From: Epithemia pelagica | Lineage: Eukaryota > Protista > Bacillariophyta | DNA length: 64,000 nt | Assembly (NCBI GenBank): GCA_946965045.2 | Contig: OX337235.1 | Coordinates: 248,001-312,000 of the forward strand | Direction: 5' to 3' | Program-made: the position numbers and the translations under genes | Part shown: positions 33,301-45,106 of the stretch, in pieces | Position numbering within the stretch: the stretch's first letter is position 1 | How the letters are laid out: each line of letters begins with the position of its first letter | The notes under the pieces: generated by a model | What the model saw: the letters and a program-made list of their open reading frames with translations, nothing else | Told to the model about the DNA's origin: nothing | The model's database searches: none

Positions 33301-35170
33301 TTGGCTACTCCGAACCCTGTCGTGTGTAGAAGAGAACCGACGCACGACTTTGTCGAAAGCAGGCCAGCAAAATCACGATAGAGAGAGGGTAGCCCGCCAT
33401 GGCATCTCAAAGAGGTTGAGATCTCTCAAGACTGGCGCAAATGTCTGGCCCACGCCATCCATGACGAGAATCAAAGGGTCACTCATTCCTCTCTATGGCT
33501 AGCTCCGTTTAACTAGAGACGGTTCGGACATTTTTTCTATTTGTCGAGACCCAAGACCCAACACTTGAAGGAGTTACAAAAACTACCGAAACACACTCTA
33601 GATTCAATTCTTTCCTGTTGTGGGAAAAATAAAAAAATGGAGGCCTTCTCTTAAAGAACGGCAAGCACATGGCAGTTGTCCAAACTCCGGTATGGTTCTC
33701 GAATACAGAAATTTATCAAACATGCTCCTGCTCTGTTTTCTCTTTCACGAACTTCCAAGACGACGTGACATTCTGCTACACACACAGACCATTTGCCCAG
33801 CGTCTCGATTATGGTTCTGTTTCAATGATGGACTTCCACAACTGCCACATATATTGTTCTTGTCATGCCAAGTGTTGCGTCTACGTAACTGCTACCTAGG
33901 TAGACAACATGGACAAAAGCTTTGGTTCACTTGCCTGAGGGAGGTCTTGTCTTGAAGTCACTGGTCAGAGATAGTATGGTTCTGTTTCTTTGTTTGGTGG
34001 TTTTACCGATTGTATCATACCCAGCGCACTATCGCTATTGGAACGAATTTGCCAAAAACAACACTGCAGCCTCATGTGGATTACACTCTGTCCGAGTATT
34101 CTTGTCTTGAAGTCCCTGGTCAGGCAAGGTTCTTGTTGGCCTGGTCTCGCGGAACATGGTGGATTCACGGATTGAAACTATTATTTATGGAATCCAACCA
34201 ACCTCCGTGTCTACTAGCTATTATAGAGGTATCGGTTGGAACCAATGACCACAACACTACAGCAGTTTGATGTTCGGAGAACCCCTTGTCAGCCGAGTCA
34301 AGTCCCTGGTCGGAGTCATGGTCAGGGTAGAAAGTTATTGTGCCTGCCCGGTCTCGACACGGCGGATGGATGGACCGATTGCGAATCATTTTGTCCACCT
34401 ATAGGTAGGTTGTTGTTCTTCAAACCCTATTGTCTTGACGTGACCTCCCTGCCATCCTACGTACCTAGTCAGGGTGGTACGGGTAGATCTTTTGGAACGA
34501 ATTGCCAAACTACCACAGTTTCTTGTTGTCTGAACTCTGTTGTCCTGACCGTGTGGTCTTGTCGTCGTGAACTCCCTCGGTAAAGTCAGAGTTTTTGTTT
34601 GGACTGCTGGTGAGAGAGAGGATCTTGTGGCAAACACTAGTGTCTTGGTAATTGGCAGGACGCCTTGGCTTACTGTCTTTTGGTTCTTGTTGGATAGAGT
34701 CTTGTCTCGGTCAATCCCAATGACTTTTGTAGGTGTCTTGAAATCACTCGTCAGTTCATGAGCCGAAACGGTTTTCGCTTCGTTTGAGAGCATAGTCTGA
34801 ACCGTCCACGGATGCCTCTGAGCGCACATCCAAAAACGTCCATCACTGGCCGTGTGTGTATGATTCTCCCTCCAATCTCACACACACACACAGGATTCCT
34901 GCATTGCTGTCTCGCTTTCTGCCACATACAATACCTACTACGACTTTTCTAGGATAAAACTACTAGAGGAGAATACCTATTCGTTTCATAGGTTGGTGCG
35001 ATCCATTCTTTATAACGTCTGCCCCTCTTGAAGCGGAGTCCGTGGCATACTGCAACGCTGCTTGATCTGTGGCTCCTCTCTCGTGCCGTGTGTCGACCAG
35101 GATGCACCGGACACGACACACACACACGACACACCCATAACGAACCCTTGTGGTTGTTTCTCTGGCTCGT

Positions 35171-36221
35171 TTACCAATTCAGCAAGGCGGCACCGGCTTG
35201 CATGTAGGGATGAGCGAGGTAGGCTCCCACGGTGCCCGCCACCACGACCAAATACGGTCCTCGCACAAATTCCTTCCAATAGTCGTCCGGCAATTCTTGT
35301 CGTCCTTCCCAAATGGCTTGAAAGGGCACAATGCTGGTCCGGGCCTTGATATAGTCAAAGTCGTCGCCGTGTTTGGTGCGCAATCGCCGATCGCCATGAT
35401 ACGTGGCAAAGACGTGATGAGCAATCAAGACGGCCGAGGCGGCCACGGCCGTACTCGAACCCAAATACAAGGTATGAGCGCAACACCACAAGATTTGTCC
35501 GACGGCTTGAGGATGTCGCGTAATGCGGGTAATGCCCGTTTCGTACAAGTGCAATTGCGGACGTTGAATGGCGGCAATTTCCAACAAATTAAACGAGGAG
35601 GGATACAGGAATAAGAACGAGACAAAATTGACGAGCCACAATGCCGTGTGGAGGATCGTGGCCGTTGTGGGATCATTGGTGGGATTCAAGGTCCACAAGG
35701 GGGTGCCGTCATGGGCATGATTGACAAAAAAACTAATGCACGACAAGGCCAAGGGCAAACTCACCAAGGCAAACAAGACGCGCCAGGCCCGTGGTCCCAC
35801 AATCGGTTCGGCATAGGTTCGCAATCCGGCCAAGCCCGAATGACAGACGGCAAAAACAATGAGCATGCCAAAGACAGTCGCCGCTGGATCCGTCGATCCG
35901 ACCAACGTGTCTTGGACAAGGTGCAAAAAGGCATCGCCGCCATGCAATCCAAAGGGCAGAAACCAGACATAGGCGACCAAGGCCAAGACGGTACTGGTAG
36001 CAACGGTAAAGGAAATCCATTCTTGGAGCTTTTGATCGTTAAACGAAAAATAGGCGGCATCGTCACCCACCAATTCCGTCGTGGACTCGGTGCTGCTGCT
36101 ACTGCTGCTTTGTCCAAGTCTTGTAGTGGTGGTAGAACCACGAGGCTCAACATTGGAAACGAAAGGCATAATGCTTCTCGTCAAACGGAAGCCGCTGGTC
36201 CTGATTGGTAGTGGTGTCGTT

Positions 36222-36256
<35 letters not shown>

Positions 36257-36370
36257 TGGTTGGAGGAGTCCAAAGGCATGGGTCGAACCCGAATTCCCCA
36301 ACAAAACAAAAAGACCAAACCAAAGGATCCAAACGTGTCGTCTCGTAGTGCAATGCGTTGTGTTCGTCAT
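35171..36370 (-). CDS. Z-ISO: 15-cis-zeta-carotene isomerase (NnrU family), plastid-targeted
   Basis: HSGLAGLR, NLLEIAAI...LYETGITRITRHPQ, HHVFATYHGDRRL, RTSIVPFQAIWEGRQ. Signal peptide ending STHA-F, followed by a Thr-rich transit peptide. Start set at MTNTTH (track ORF extends to 36556). Confidence 0.92.
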
Positions 36371-37432
36371 GGTTCTTCCAGTCGCTCTCTCTCTCTTGCT
36401 CTCTGACAATGTATCAAGGGTATCTTCCTTCCAAAATTGTCGTGGTTGTTGTTGTTCCACAACACAGAGAGATTCGGCACTCTTCTTGATATAATATATG
36501 ATGGGAATGAGAGGCGGAGGCTGCTGTCGTCGTACGTACCTCTCTTCCGAACCCATCCCTCCGCCCTATAGTCGCCTTTATTCGAGTGGTAAGGGCGATC
36601 CCGACGCGTCTCCAATCCGCGACTCGCTCGCCTGCGCTTCTCCTCTCTCGCTGCGATCATTGCAAGATGCCATCTGGATGGCTTCATTCCATGTTCCGGC
36701 AAAAGTCTACCCTTGTGCTAAGTGTTAAGTCTCGAGCAATCTCCGTATCTCCGAAACAATTCTTTTCTTTGTTAAATCAAAGGACCTAAAGGTACTCCTT
36801 CACAACAACGAGTACAACAATATTGGCTCCAGCCCTGGGCTATACTGGATGCGTTTGCAGTGCCATGGTAGTTGGGCTATTGCTCCATTCTCGAGCATCT
36901 CGAAAGGTTCACTGGATGGGGGCTTACCAGAGGTCACTCCCTAAAGGTATAGGCCGTCTCGTTCACGAATTCCTAGCGTACCTGTATAAATTTCATTTCA
37001 AAGATTATGTGCAAAGGCCATTTTTCTCCGGATCGGTTGTCCAGAATCATTTCCTCGAAACGTTTGGAAGTTTGCCGACAGAATGGGCTATAGTCGAGTC
37101 AATCACGAACGTGAAAGGTCGAGACCTGCCCACTTCCAAAGTGACTCCCGATTAACGCCAATCGTAAAGAACGGGTTTTAAGCTTATCGGAGGAAGCGAT
37201 CGTGTGAGATTCGTTTGGTGGGAGTTTGTCCGAGTCATCGGCATCGGGGGGCTTGGGTGTGTGGCAACCCCTCATTCAATTGTGTGTTGCATCTTGCATC
37301 TCTTCTTGCTCTTCTTGTCGTGTGATCCTCTTCTTGCCCAAACGGACACACACATTTGGAAGCAAGCAAACCAACAGTCGATTTTCTTGCAGTGCGATTG
37401 GCAAGACACTGGATCGATAGATACATCCAATC

Positions 37433-38072
37433 ATGGTGGTGTCCAGTAGAGCGTTGGTAGGACAACGAGCCTTGTTGTTGTTGGCCATGATGACCATGAT
37501 GATACTGACAACAACTACAGTGGACGCGGTTGGAACGCAATTGGACGATCATCCGAAATATCGCAAAGGCATTGGTACCATTGTGGAAGATTCCTACATG
37601 GTCGTCTTGCGACCCGATCCATTTGTAAGTCGTAGTCGTTGTCGTTGTCCGGACACACTTGTGTTTCACCAAACGAACGAAACGAACACTACACCAAACG
37701 ATGCTAGTTCACGAGACACACTAGAATCCAACGAAATTGCCAAAATCGATCCTCACACGCGGTTGCTCTTGCTCTTTTCTGTTGCCCCAATCCATCTATA
37801 CTCGTTGATTTTATTATAGTTGGAAGGCTTAAGATCCTCCGGGAATCTCAGTGCCTTGACTCCTGTCGATACGGCACAAGAAGCGACATCTCTGGTTCCG
37901 GAAGACGATGGAAATGTCCTGGACGTGTACGATTGGGCCATGCGAGGTACGTTCGTTCGATTCTCGGCGCATCCGTTCGTGTAATGACGACTCGCTATCT
38001 CTACGTTGGTTACGTTGGTTGGTTGGTTTGTTCTGATTCCTTGTCTCTTTTTTTTCTCTCTCTCTCTCTCTC

Positions 38073-38121
<49 letters not shown>

Positions 38122-38144
38122 CTTTCTCTCTCTTTCTCTCTCTT

Positions 38145-38182
<38 letters not shown>

Positions 38183-39495
38183 GGCAAACGATATAGGATT
38201 TTCCTTTCGTATGCAAAGCAATCTGACGCAAAGTAGCAAGGATGGTGTCTTGGAACGCATTCTCAACAATGAAGATGTTCTGTATATGGAAGAAGTACAA
38301 ATCCTCTCCCAACAAGATTCCGATACGGATAATACATGTGCGGCGGCGGCGTCATGGGGATTGGATCGGATTGATCAATTGGACTTGCCCTTGAATGGAC
38401 ACTATCTGTACGATTATACCGGATTGGGCGTCGATGTCTACATTTTGGATACCGGCATTCGTGGCACGCACGAGCAATTTGACCAAGATCGCGGTCAATG
38501 TGGAGTAAGCTTTGTCTGGGGCGAAGACGATCCCTGCAACGATCCCAATGGTCATGGCACGCATGTGGCCGGTACCGTTGCCGGCAAGGACTTTGGGGTC
38601 GCCAAGGACGCTCATGTCATTGCCGTCAAAGTCTTGGGTACGGATGGAAACGGTCGAATGGACGACATTGTCGATGCCGTTGATTGGGTAGCCCGTCAAG
38701 CCTACGCCAATCGCGACACGAGACGGTCCGTGATGAATCTCAGTTTGAGCGGCTTGGGATATTCGCGAGCCTTGGACGAGGCCATTTTTTTTGCCAAGAC
38801 GGATTCAAATGTCGTGAGTGTCGTGGCGGCGGGCAATTCGAATCAAAATGCCTGCAGTTTTTTTCCCGCCGGTTCCGATAATGCCATTACCGTCGGATCG
38901 ACCGATCCCAACGATTCCCGATCCGGTTTTTCCAATTTTGGAATGTGTGTCGACCTCTTTGCACCCGGACGGTACGAACTGGCCACAGATTATGCATGTT
39001 GTCTGTGTGTTTCATCCAGATGTCTCACGGAACGTATTCTTTTGGATTGTCATATTTCCTTTCTTCTCCCCCTCTCTCTCTCCCTCTTGTGTTTGTGTGT
39101 CTTCTGTGTGTGTGGTGGACAGGGGCATTACTTCGGCCGGGTCCAGTTCCGACACGGCCACCAGGGTTATGTCGGGAACGTCCATGGCGTCCCCCCACAT
39201 TGCCGGTTTGGCCGCCTTGTATTGGCAGGAAAACCCTTTCTTGACAGCGGTGGAATTGGAAGTTCGTCTCTTGACGACTGCGGCACAAGGAGTTGTGACA
39301 GATGCTCAGTCACGCTTCAACAATTTGGGCAGTTCGGCCGCTTCCTTGACCACACCTGAAGAGTGTTCCCCCTCCAGTGATGCTAGGCCGCCGCCCGGAA
39401 TACAACATGGCGGTGTTGCGTTGCATCTCGCCCTGGCCTCGGCCGTGTGTGCCATTCTACTACTGGGCATGGAAACAACACTGTTGTTGGTATAA
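37433..39495 (+). CDS. Subtilisin-like serine protease (S8, proteinase-K type), copy 1
   Basis: Inferred exons 37433-37624, 37820-37946, 38197-38971 and 39123-39495 with GT-AG introns. Catalytic triad ILDTG / GHGTHVAG / SGTSMASPH, signal peptide, propeptide and hydrophobic C-terminus. Confidence 0.92.
38046..38180 (+). repeat. Compound (CT)n/(CTTT) microsatellite in an intron of subtilisin copy 1
   Basis: About 130 bp of CT/CTTT; the equivalent position in copy 2 (about 46470-46492) is only about 20 bp. Confidence 0.95.
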
Positions 39496-40378
39496 CAAGG
39501 CTTTCGGATGTAAAAGCATAGTTAATTTAAAACGTCCAGGGTTCGTTTTGTTCCCTCGTTTGAAGCCGTCACTTTGGTCCATTCCTGGAGGCAACCATTC
39601 ATTCCACTAGTCTAGCTACAAGGACCACGGATCAGTCCCCAATTATACAAGGCCACATCCATTGCATCCGCCTTGTTTGGAATCGATCCACTTTGTTTGG
39701 TATCCTACTAGAGTATATTATTGGGCATCGAACTGGTGGTGAAGAAGTCGTCTTGATAGTTTCATGCAGAGTCACTTATTCGGCCAAGCGTTTTTGCTTC
39801 GCTCCTGTTCGGCCAGTCATTCTATTCGTAGTTCCAAAGAGAGACAAGCCATATAACGATCCATGAACTAGGAGGTAGGCACCTCTCTACTAGGTTGTTG
39901 TTGCTGTGGTGCCTAATATTCATGATGATGAAACGAAGGCATACACATCATCATGCATAGTAGCGGTAGCTTTGATTGAGTCTCGTGTCTCGACCATGTC
40001 CTCGAAGCACGCCTGTTTCTGTCGCATTCCCTGGAATGACCCAATGATTTAACAAGTTTGGCTATGCAGTCCCGACTCGTCGAGAATTTTAGATTCGCCA
40101 TTAGAGGTCCGCAGAAACAAGGACATCAGACAGACTAAACCTTAACTCTACTGTGTGAAGTCTACCGCCCGTCTCACCTGCCACGCGTCTAAGTAATCCT
40201 TCCATTGGAAGGGCCGGCGTCGAAATGACAGTTGGTGGTTGGCGTCACGATTCAAATTTGAAATTTGGGATGCTCTCATCTCTCATAATTTATCTCGTCA
40301 CAAAAAATCTTGACATCGAACATTGAAACATGAAGCGAACGAATCGTCGCGACCTGACACCTGACACCTGAAGCAGTA

Positions 40379-41881
40379 CGGACTCGAAAAATTCCCCCAC
40401 AGTTAGCCGTGCTTTTCATACTTGTACTCTATTGTCTATAGTTATCTGAGCCGGTGGTTAAGGAAACCACGGTCATGATACACAACATGGCAAACTCAAG
40501 CCGGTGTGCACCTCCAACTAAAGGTGCCTTAGCACTCGACCACCACGGAGTCCTCAGAATCAAGTGTACTGTGACGGAATGAACGGGCAGCGATGGGCTG
40601 GCCATTTTGGTGGACCGAAGGCAAGGTTTTTAAGTCTTCCAAATCCTGGTGGGAAGGAAGCAACAAGATTACCAAGATTGGAGTCGGAGAATGATGTAAT
40701 GAACAAAGATTGCATTGAGGGACGACAATGGAAGCTCCTAAATGGATGGATGAGTCGTGGGAGAGCAGCGGCAAGGAAACACGGCAATCAACTGGAGGAT
40801 TCTCGTCTGAACAAAACAGTCGGCCGCAACAACGACAACACCAACAACAGACTGTCTCTCAATGTTACGAGACCACAAGAACCCAGCAACAACCGGCCAC
40901 CTTGTGGAAGTGAAGGGTCGAGTCCATCATCACGGCTGCAACAACCGCAACAACCTCAACCACAACAAAGACAGCGACTGATTTGTGGCACCACACGACG
41001 AGTTGGACGCGAAGTGAACCATTGTTTCCCAACGACGTGAAGCCCACGACCACAAAACCAACATCCACCACGACCATTCCATTGGATGGTACAAGACAAT
41101 GGCACCAATGCACCATTCAACTACTCTAGACCTCCAACAAAACCTAAATGCAACAATCCACTCCTCGTTTTGGCCACAACGACAACAACATCCAATGCAA
41201 CAATCAAAAGCGGGAGGATCTTGACGACAAAACCAACAGCCACAACGAGCGAGCCATCGGATGGTAATGATGATACGACACCCACAAACATGACAACAGA
41301 TACCACCAACCACACAACCAACTGGTTTTGGCCTCGCGTAGCATGCATGCCCCCATCGCAACAATCAACTCATCGTTTTGGCCGAACCAAACAATCCGGG
41401 GCCACGACAATGACAATGGCACCAAAAGCAACAATCAACTGCTCTCCATCTCTGGTTCTTTCAGTTCCACAGTTCTACAACAAACACAACGATCAACGCC
41501 TTGTTTCGGCAGAACGAGACAATCCTGTGCCGCGACAACGACAACAAATGCAACAACCAACTCCAAGTGAAACCATCACCTATACCCATGACAACAAGCA
41601 GTGGTGGTGGTGACTACATAATATAGGCTTATAATTAATAAGTGGGTTGTATATTTTGCACTTGTATGATTGTTGTTTACTACTCGCACAGGAAGGGTAA
41701 GCGCCTCGTCATGGTGAAAAGGTTCATCGGTACGAGTTACGCGTGAACGTCTTGTGGATGATGAGGGGCAATTCATTTTACTTTGAGAAAATGAATGGAG
41801 TCATGAATCTCGTAGGGCCGGAAGTCTCACGAACGTGAAACACGGGATATCGTGGGGGAATTTTTCGGCCCCCGGAGTCCG
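40379..41881. mobile_element. Putative non-autonomous TA-flanked TIR element (Tc1/mariner-like ends)
   Basis: TA|CGGACTC-GAAAAATTCCCCCAC at the left end. The reverse complement, with an 8-bp indel, is at the right end and is followed by TA. No transposase inside. Confidence 0.5.
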
Positions 41882-42326
41882 TATTCTTTCGAGTTTCTTT
41901 CTAGCATGCCGCTTGTTAGGACTAGCTTGTTTCTTTCCCATGTAGGATAATAGTGGACCTTTTAATCTTCCAGAGCATTTCTTGCTTCGTTGCAGCTTAT
42001 GTCCCCATTCAACAACCATGACCCTCAGCAACACCCTCGAAAATACACCCAAACCACGGCTCTGAGCAAATCCTGTCGACTCTGTTATCCATAGAGACTT
42101 GGACTAGACTGATCTTGATAATATTGAATAGTTGGAGTAATGGAAAGATGACGGATGGCTTATTTGTACGGTGTTTGTGTATCCGACACAACCAAATAGG
42201 CATTCAGTCGTCGACAGGAACAATGAATGAGACTAACAAAATGAAGAGAGTGCTACAGAAGAGAAGAAAGTGGCCAACAAGCAATCAACCATCTCTAAAA
42301 ATGTAGCAAAAAAGAGTTGTGACGGA

Positions 42327-44374
42327 TTACCTGTTGACTCGTACTGTTCCGGTGGCAAGAACTTTGAGGCGATCTCGTAGTATCACGAGAAGTTGTGGTG
42401 CCGCATATCTATTGTCCATAGACAAATGCCTGAAGCCATTGGTCTCCTTGTTTAGCTCCAACGCATAGCAAGCGTTAACAACAGCCTTCATCGTAGTAGG
42501 AAGGCGGCGTGCTTCATGCCTGATGTAGGAGTTTGTGGCATTTTTGCCTTGATACACATCCATGTGTAAAATGGCGTAACTTGTAGACGACGCCAAAATA
42601 AAGAAATCAACTCGGAATTTGGCAGGTTTGTCCTTGTTGTACTGATGCACTGGACAGTATCTAGACCGACAACCAATTCCACCTTCATCAAACGAAAGAT
42701 CTTGAGGAATGATAAAAGACCTCTTCGAAGCTGCATTGACTGCCTGTATAAGTTTACGCAACTGGTAGCATTTGTCCCCCCCCCCCAACGTGCGGCGCCC
42801 TTTGATTCGGGATGGAAGGCTCCCCTTATTTGGCGAAATCTAGCCAAACGCATGTACTTTGATGCCCAGCCGGTACTGTCGAGAATTTCTACCGATGGGA
42901 TGGCAGTGCCAAGACTGTACATTCGATTGGAGGCGTTGAAATAGGATGCATAACCACCACTGTCGAGTGGTCTCAACGACATCATCAAGATGATACCAAG
43001 AAACCTTGTCATTTCTTGGATAGTGACATCCTTCCACTTCTGTGAGTGAAAATAACCACGCCGACCCATGAGCTTAGGACGGATTTTTTGATGGAAGTAA
43101 CGATTGGTTGCTGCTGCCATGTCCGAAATCAGAGACTTCGAAAGTCCACCAACACTGCGCAAACAATCAAAGGGAGTATTGAACGAATTTGCAACACCGG
43201 CCTTCAACCCATCACTTCCTTGAAACATTGATCGATGGTGTCGTTCTTGTCCCACCCAGTCAAAAACACTGTCTGACTGATCAACGGTCCGGTAGTGCCA
43301 TTGTAGATTGTCTATGAGCACTTTCAGATTTGTTGAATTGTTGGGATCATCGTCGTCGTCTGCTGATTCCGAGTCGTCGTCTTGGACAACATTTTCTTCG
43401 TCTTCATTATTGTCATCATTGTCGTCGTAGTCATCTAAGGGATCGACATTCCTATCAACTGTGGCATTGAAATCCAGTTCATACCCACCATTGTCATCCT
43501 TGTCAGACGAAGAATCTTCCCCATTCTCTCATGCATCGTCTTCTGTGTTTTCTTGCTGTCGACGCTGTCGCCGTGCAGCTGCCGTAGCTCTTGTAGAGAC
43601 AGAAGTACTTGTACTGCCGAAAAGACGGGTTGGAACTTGGGTGGTTGGAGTATCATTGTTTTCATCAATCCCATTTTCTGACGGAGAAGGGCCGCCGTTG
43701 GGAGCAGTCATTAGAGCTGCCCGCCCTTGTGCTCTCTCTTGAGTGGATGGCGGGTTGGATGTTGAGCTGCGACGAGAATGACGGCAAGGCGAGCGTCTAA
43801 GAGAAGATTCCGGAACATTCCTGATGGCGGCTCGGTGTCGTTCGCGCTCTGCTGTGGAAGGAGGTGGAGGCTGTTGTGTTGATCCGCGACGCTGAACAAC
43901 AGGAGGTTGTGCATTGTTGTTGTTCATAGAATTGTTCTGTTGAGTCACCACCACAGAAGTTTGGTTTGGTTGGTGCGTTTGCAACTGGCTTGCTTGTTGC
44001 GATTGTTGAGTTTGAGATGGTTGGTTTCCCCGGCCATGTTGATTTGGGTTGTACTCTTGAATACATAGACAAAGTTTCTCCTTTACTGTAGAGTTGGAGG
44101 TGAACTGAGATTTGATCCAATTCTGTGGAACCTTGAGAGATGAGAGTGTTGAATTGTCCCATATAATGGAATATACATTTCCATTCTTCTTCGTAGGACA
44201 CTCTGCAATTTTCCCAACGAGATTTATAGGACGGTTTGTAGGGTTGGGACGAAAACGACGACAAAATTCCTCGTGGAAGTTTGGATGAATCCAAAAATTG
44301 TCAGGTGAGACGAGATACCGTTTCGAGTAGCTAAATCGGGAACGTGGCTTAGTGGATTGAACTCGTCCGGGCAA
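42327..44374 (-). pseudogene. piggyBac-family transposase remnant
   Basis: SFDEGGIG, QYNKDKPAKFRVDFF, YQGK, MDNRY, GTVRVNR. In-frame TGA at 43529, a frameshift in an 11-C run at 42776-42786, and a missing C-terminus. No TTAA-bounded TIRs found. Confidence 0.85.
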
Positions 44375-45037
44375 ATGGGCCGGAAGACTTTCCCCTTCGG
44401 ATAATAGTTCTTGTGTCTCGGTATTTGTTTCTTGTCCTTGTGCAATATTTCCGACTGGGTGTGGAGGTGGAGGTGGAACAGGTCGCTCAGCATCGACGGG
44501 TGGCTCGCCATCCGCATTCGCTATTGGTTGTGGTGATGCAGAAATAGCGACAGCATCATCTTGATCATTGTCAACATGAGGTTGGTGATGATCTCTACCA
44601 ATAGGTTGGTCAGAATCTGGATAGGTATGGGCTTGAGGTGCGACGGGTTGATCAGTATCTTCATCGAGGAGTGACTGCGACGAATTCGGCTGTTAGGACT
44701 CGTGGTCGTCGTTCTCCGTAGGTACAACTGCAGACGACATTGCCTTTCGTGGACGTCTTCTTCACTATATGGACCCTCGGAATGGAGAATCCTGCAACGA
44801 TTGGCCCAAATGGTAGATATGTATAAGAGAACAAAGTTGGGCCATGGGCGAAGGATGATCGAAATGAACGAAAATGAGGAAAATCGTCAATTTTTCAAAG
44901 CGAAATATTACGCTAATGACTGAGTATTTACTGTAGACTATCATATATGAAAGTTATTCAGAATTTCAAGATCTTTCCAACGAAGAAGTCAGATTTGACA
45001 GACTTTGGTTTTTGATGAAGTTAATGAAAGTCGAAGT

Positions 45038-45097
45038 TAAGCGAGTAGCGTATAGCTGTCTCGCTTATATGGGAGGCAGCTATACGCTACTCGCTTA
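45038..45097. repeat. Perfect 21-bp inverted repeat with an 18-bp spacer
   Basis: TAAGCGAGTAGCGTATAGCTG (45038-45058) and CAGCTATACGCTACTCGCTTA (45077-45097). Confidence 0.9.
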
Positions 45098-45106
45098 CGA
45101 ATGGCG

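Noticed and set aside
33945-34754. CRISPR-like array
   Set aside because: Few, degenerate, irregularly spaced repeats, no cas genes, and a eukaryotic context.
37753-38315. ER-repeat and SL-repeat ORFs
   Set aside because: These are translations of an intronic CT microsatellite.
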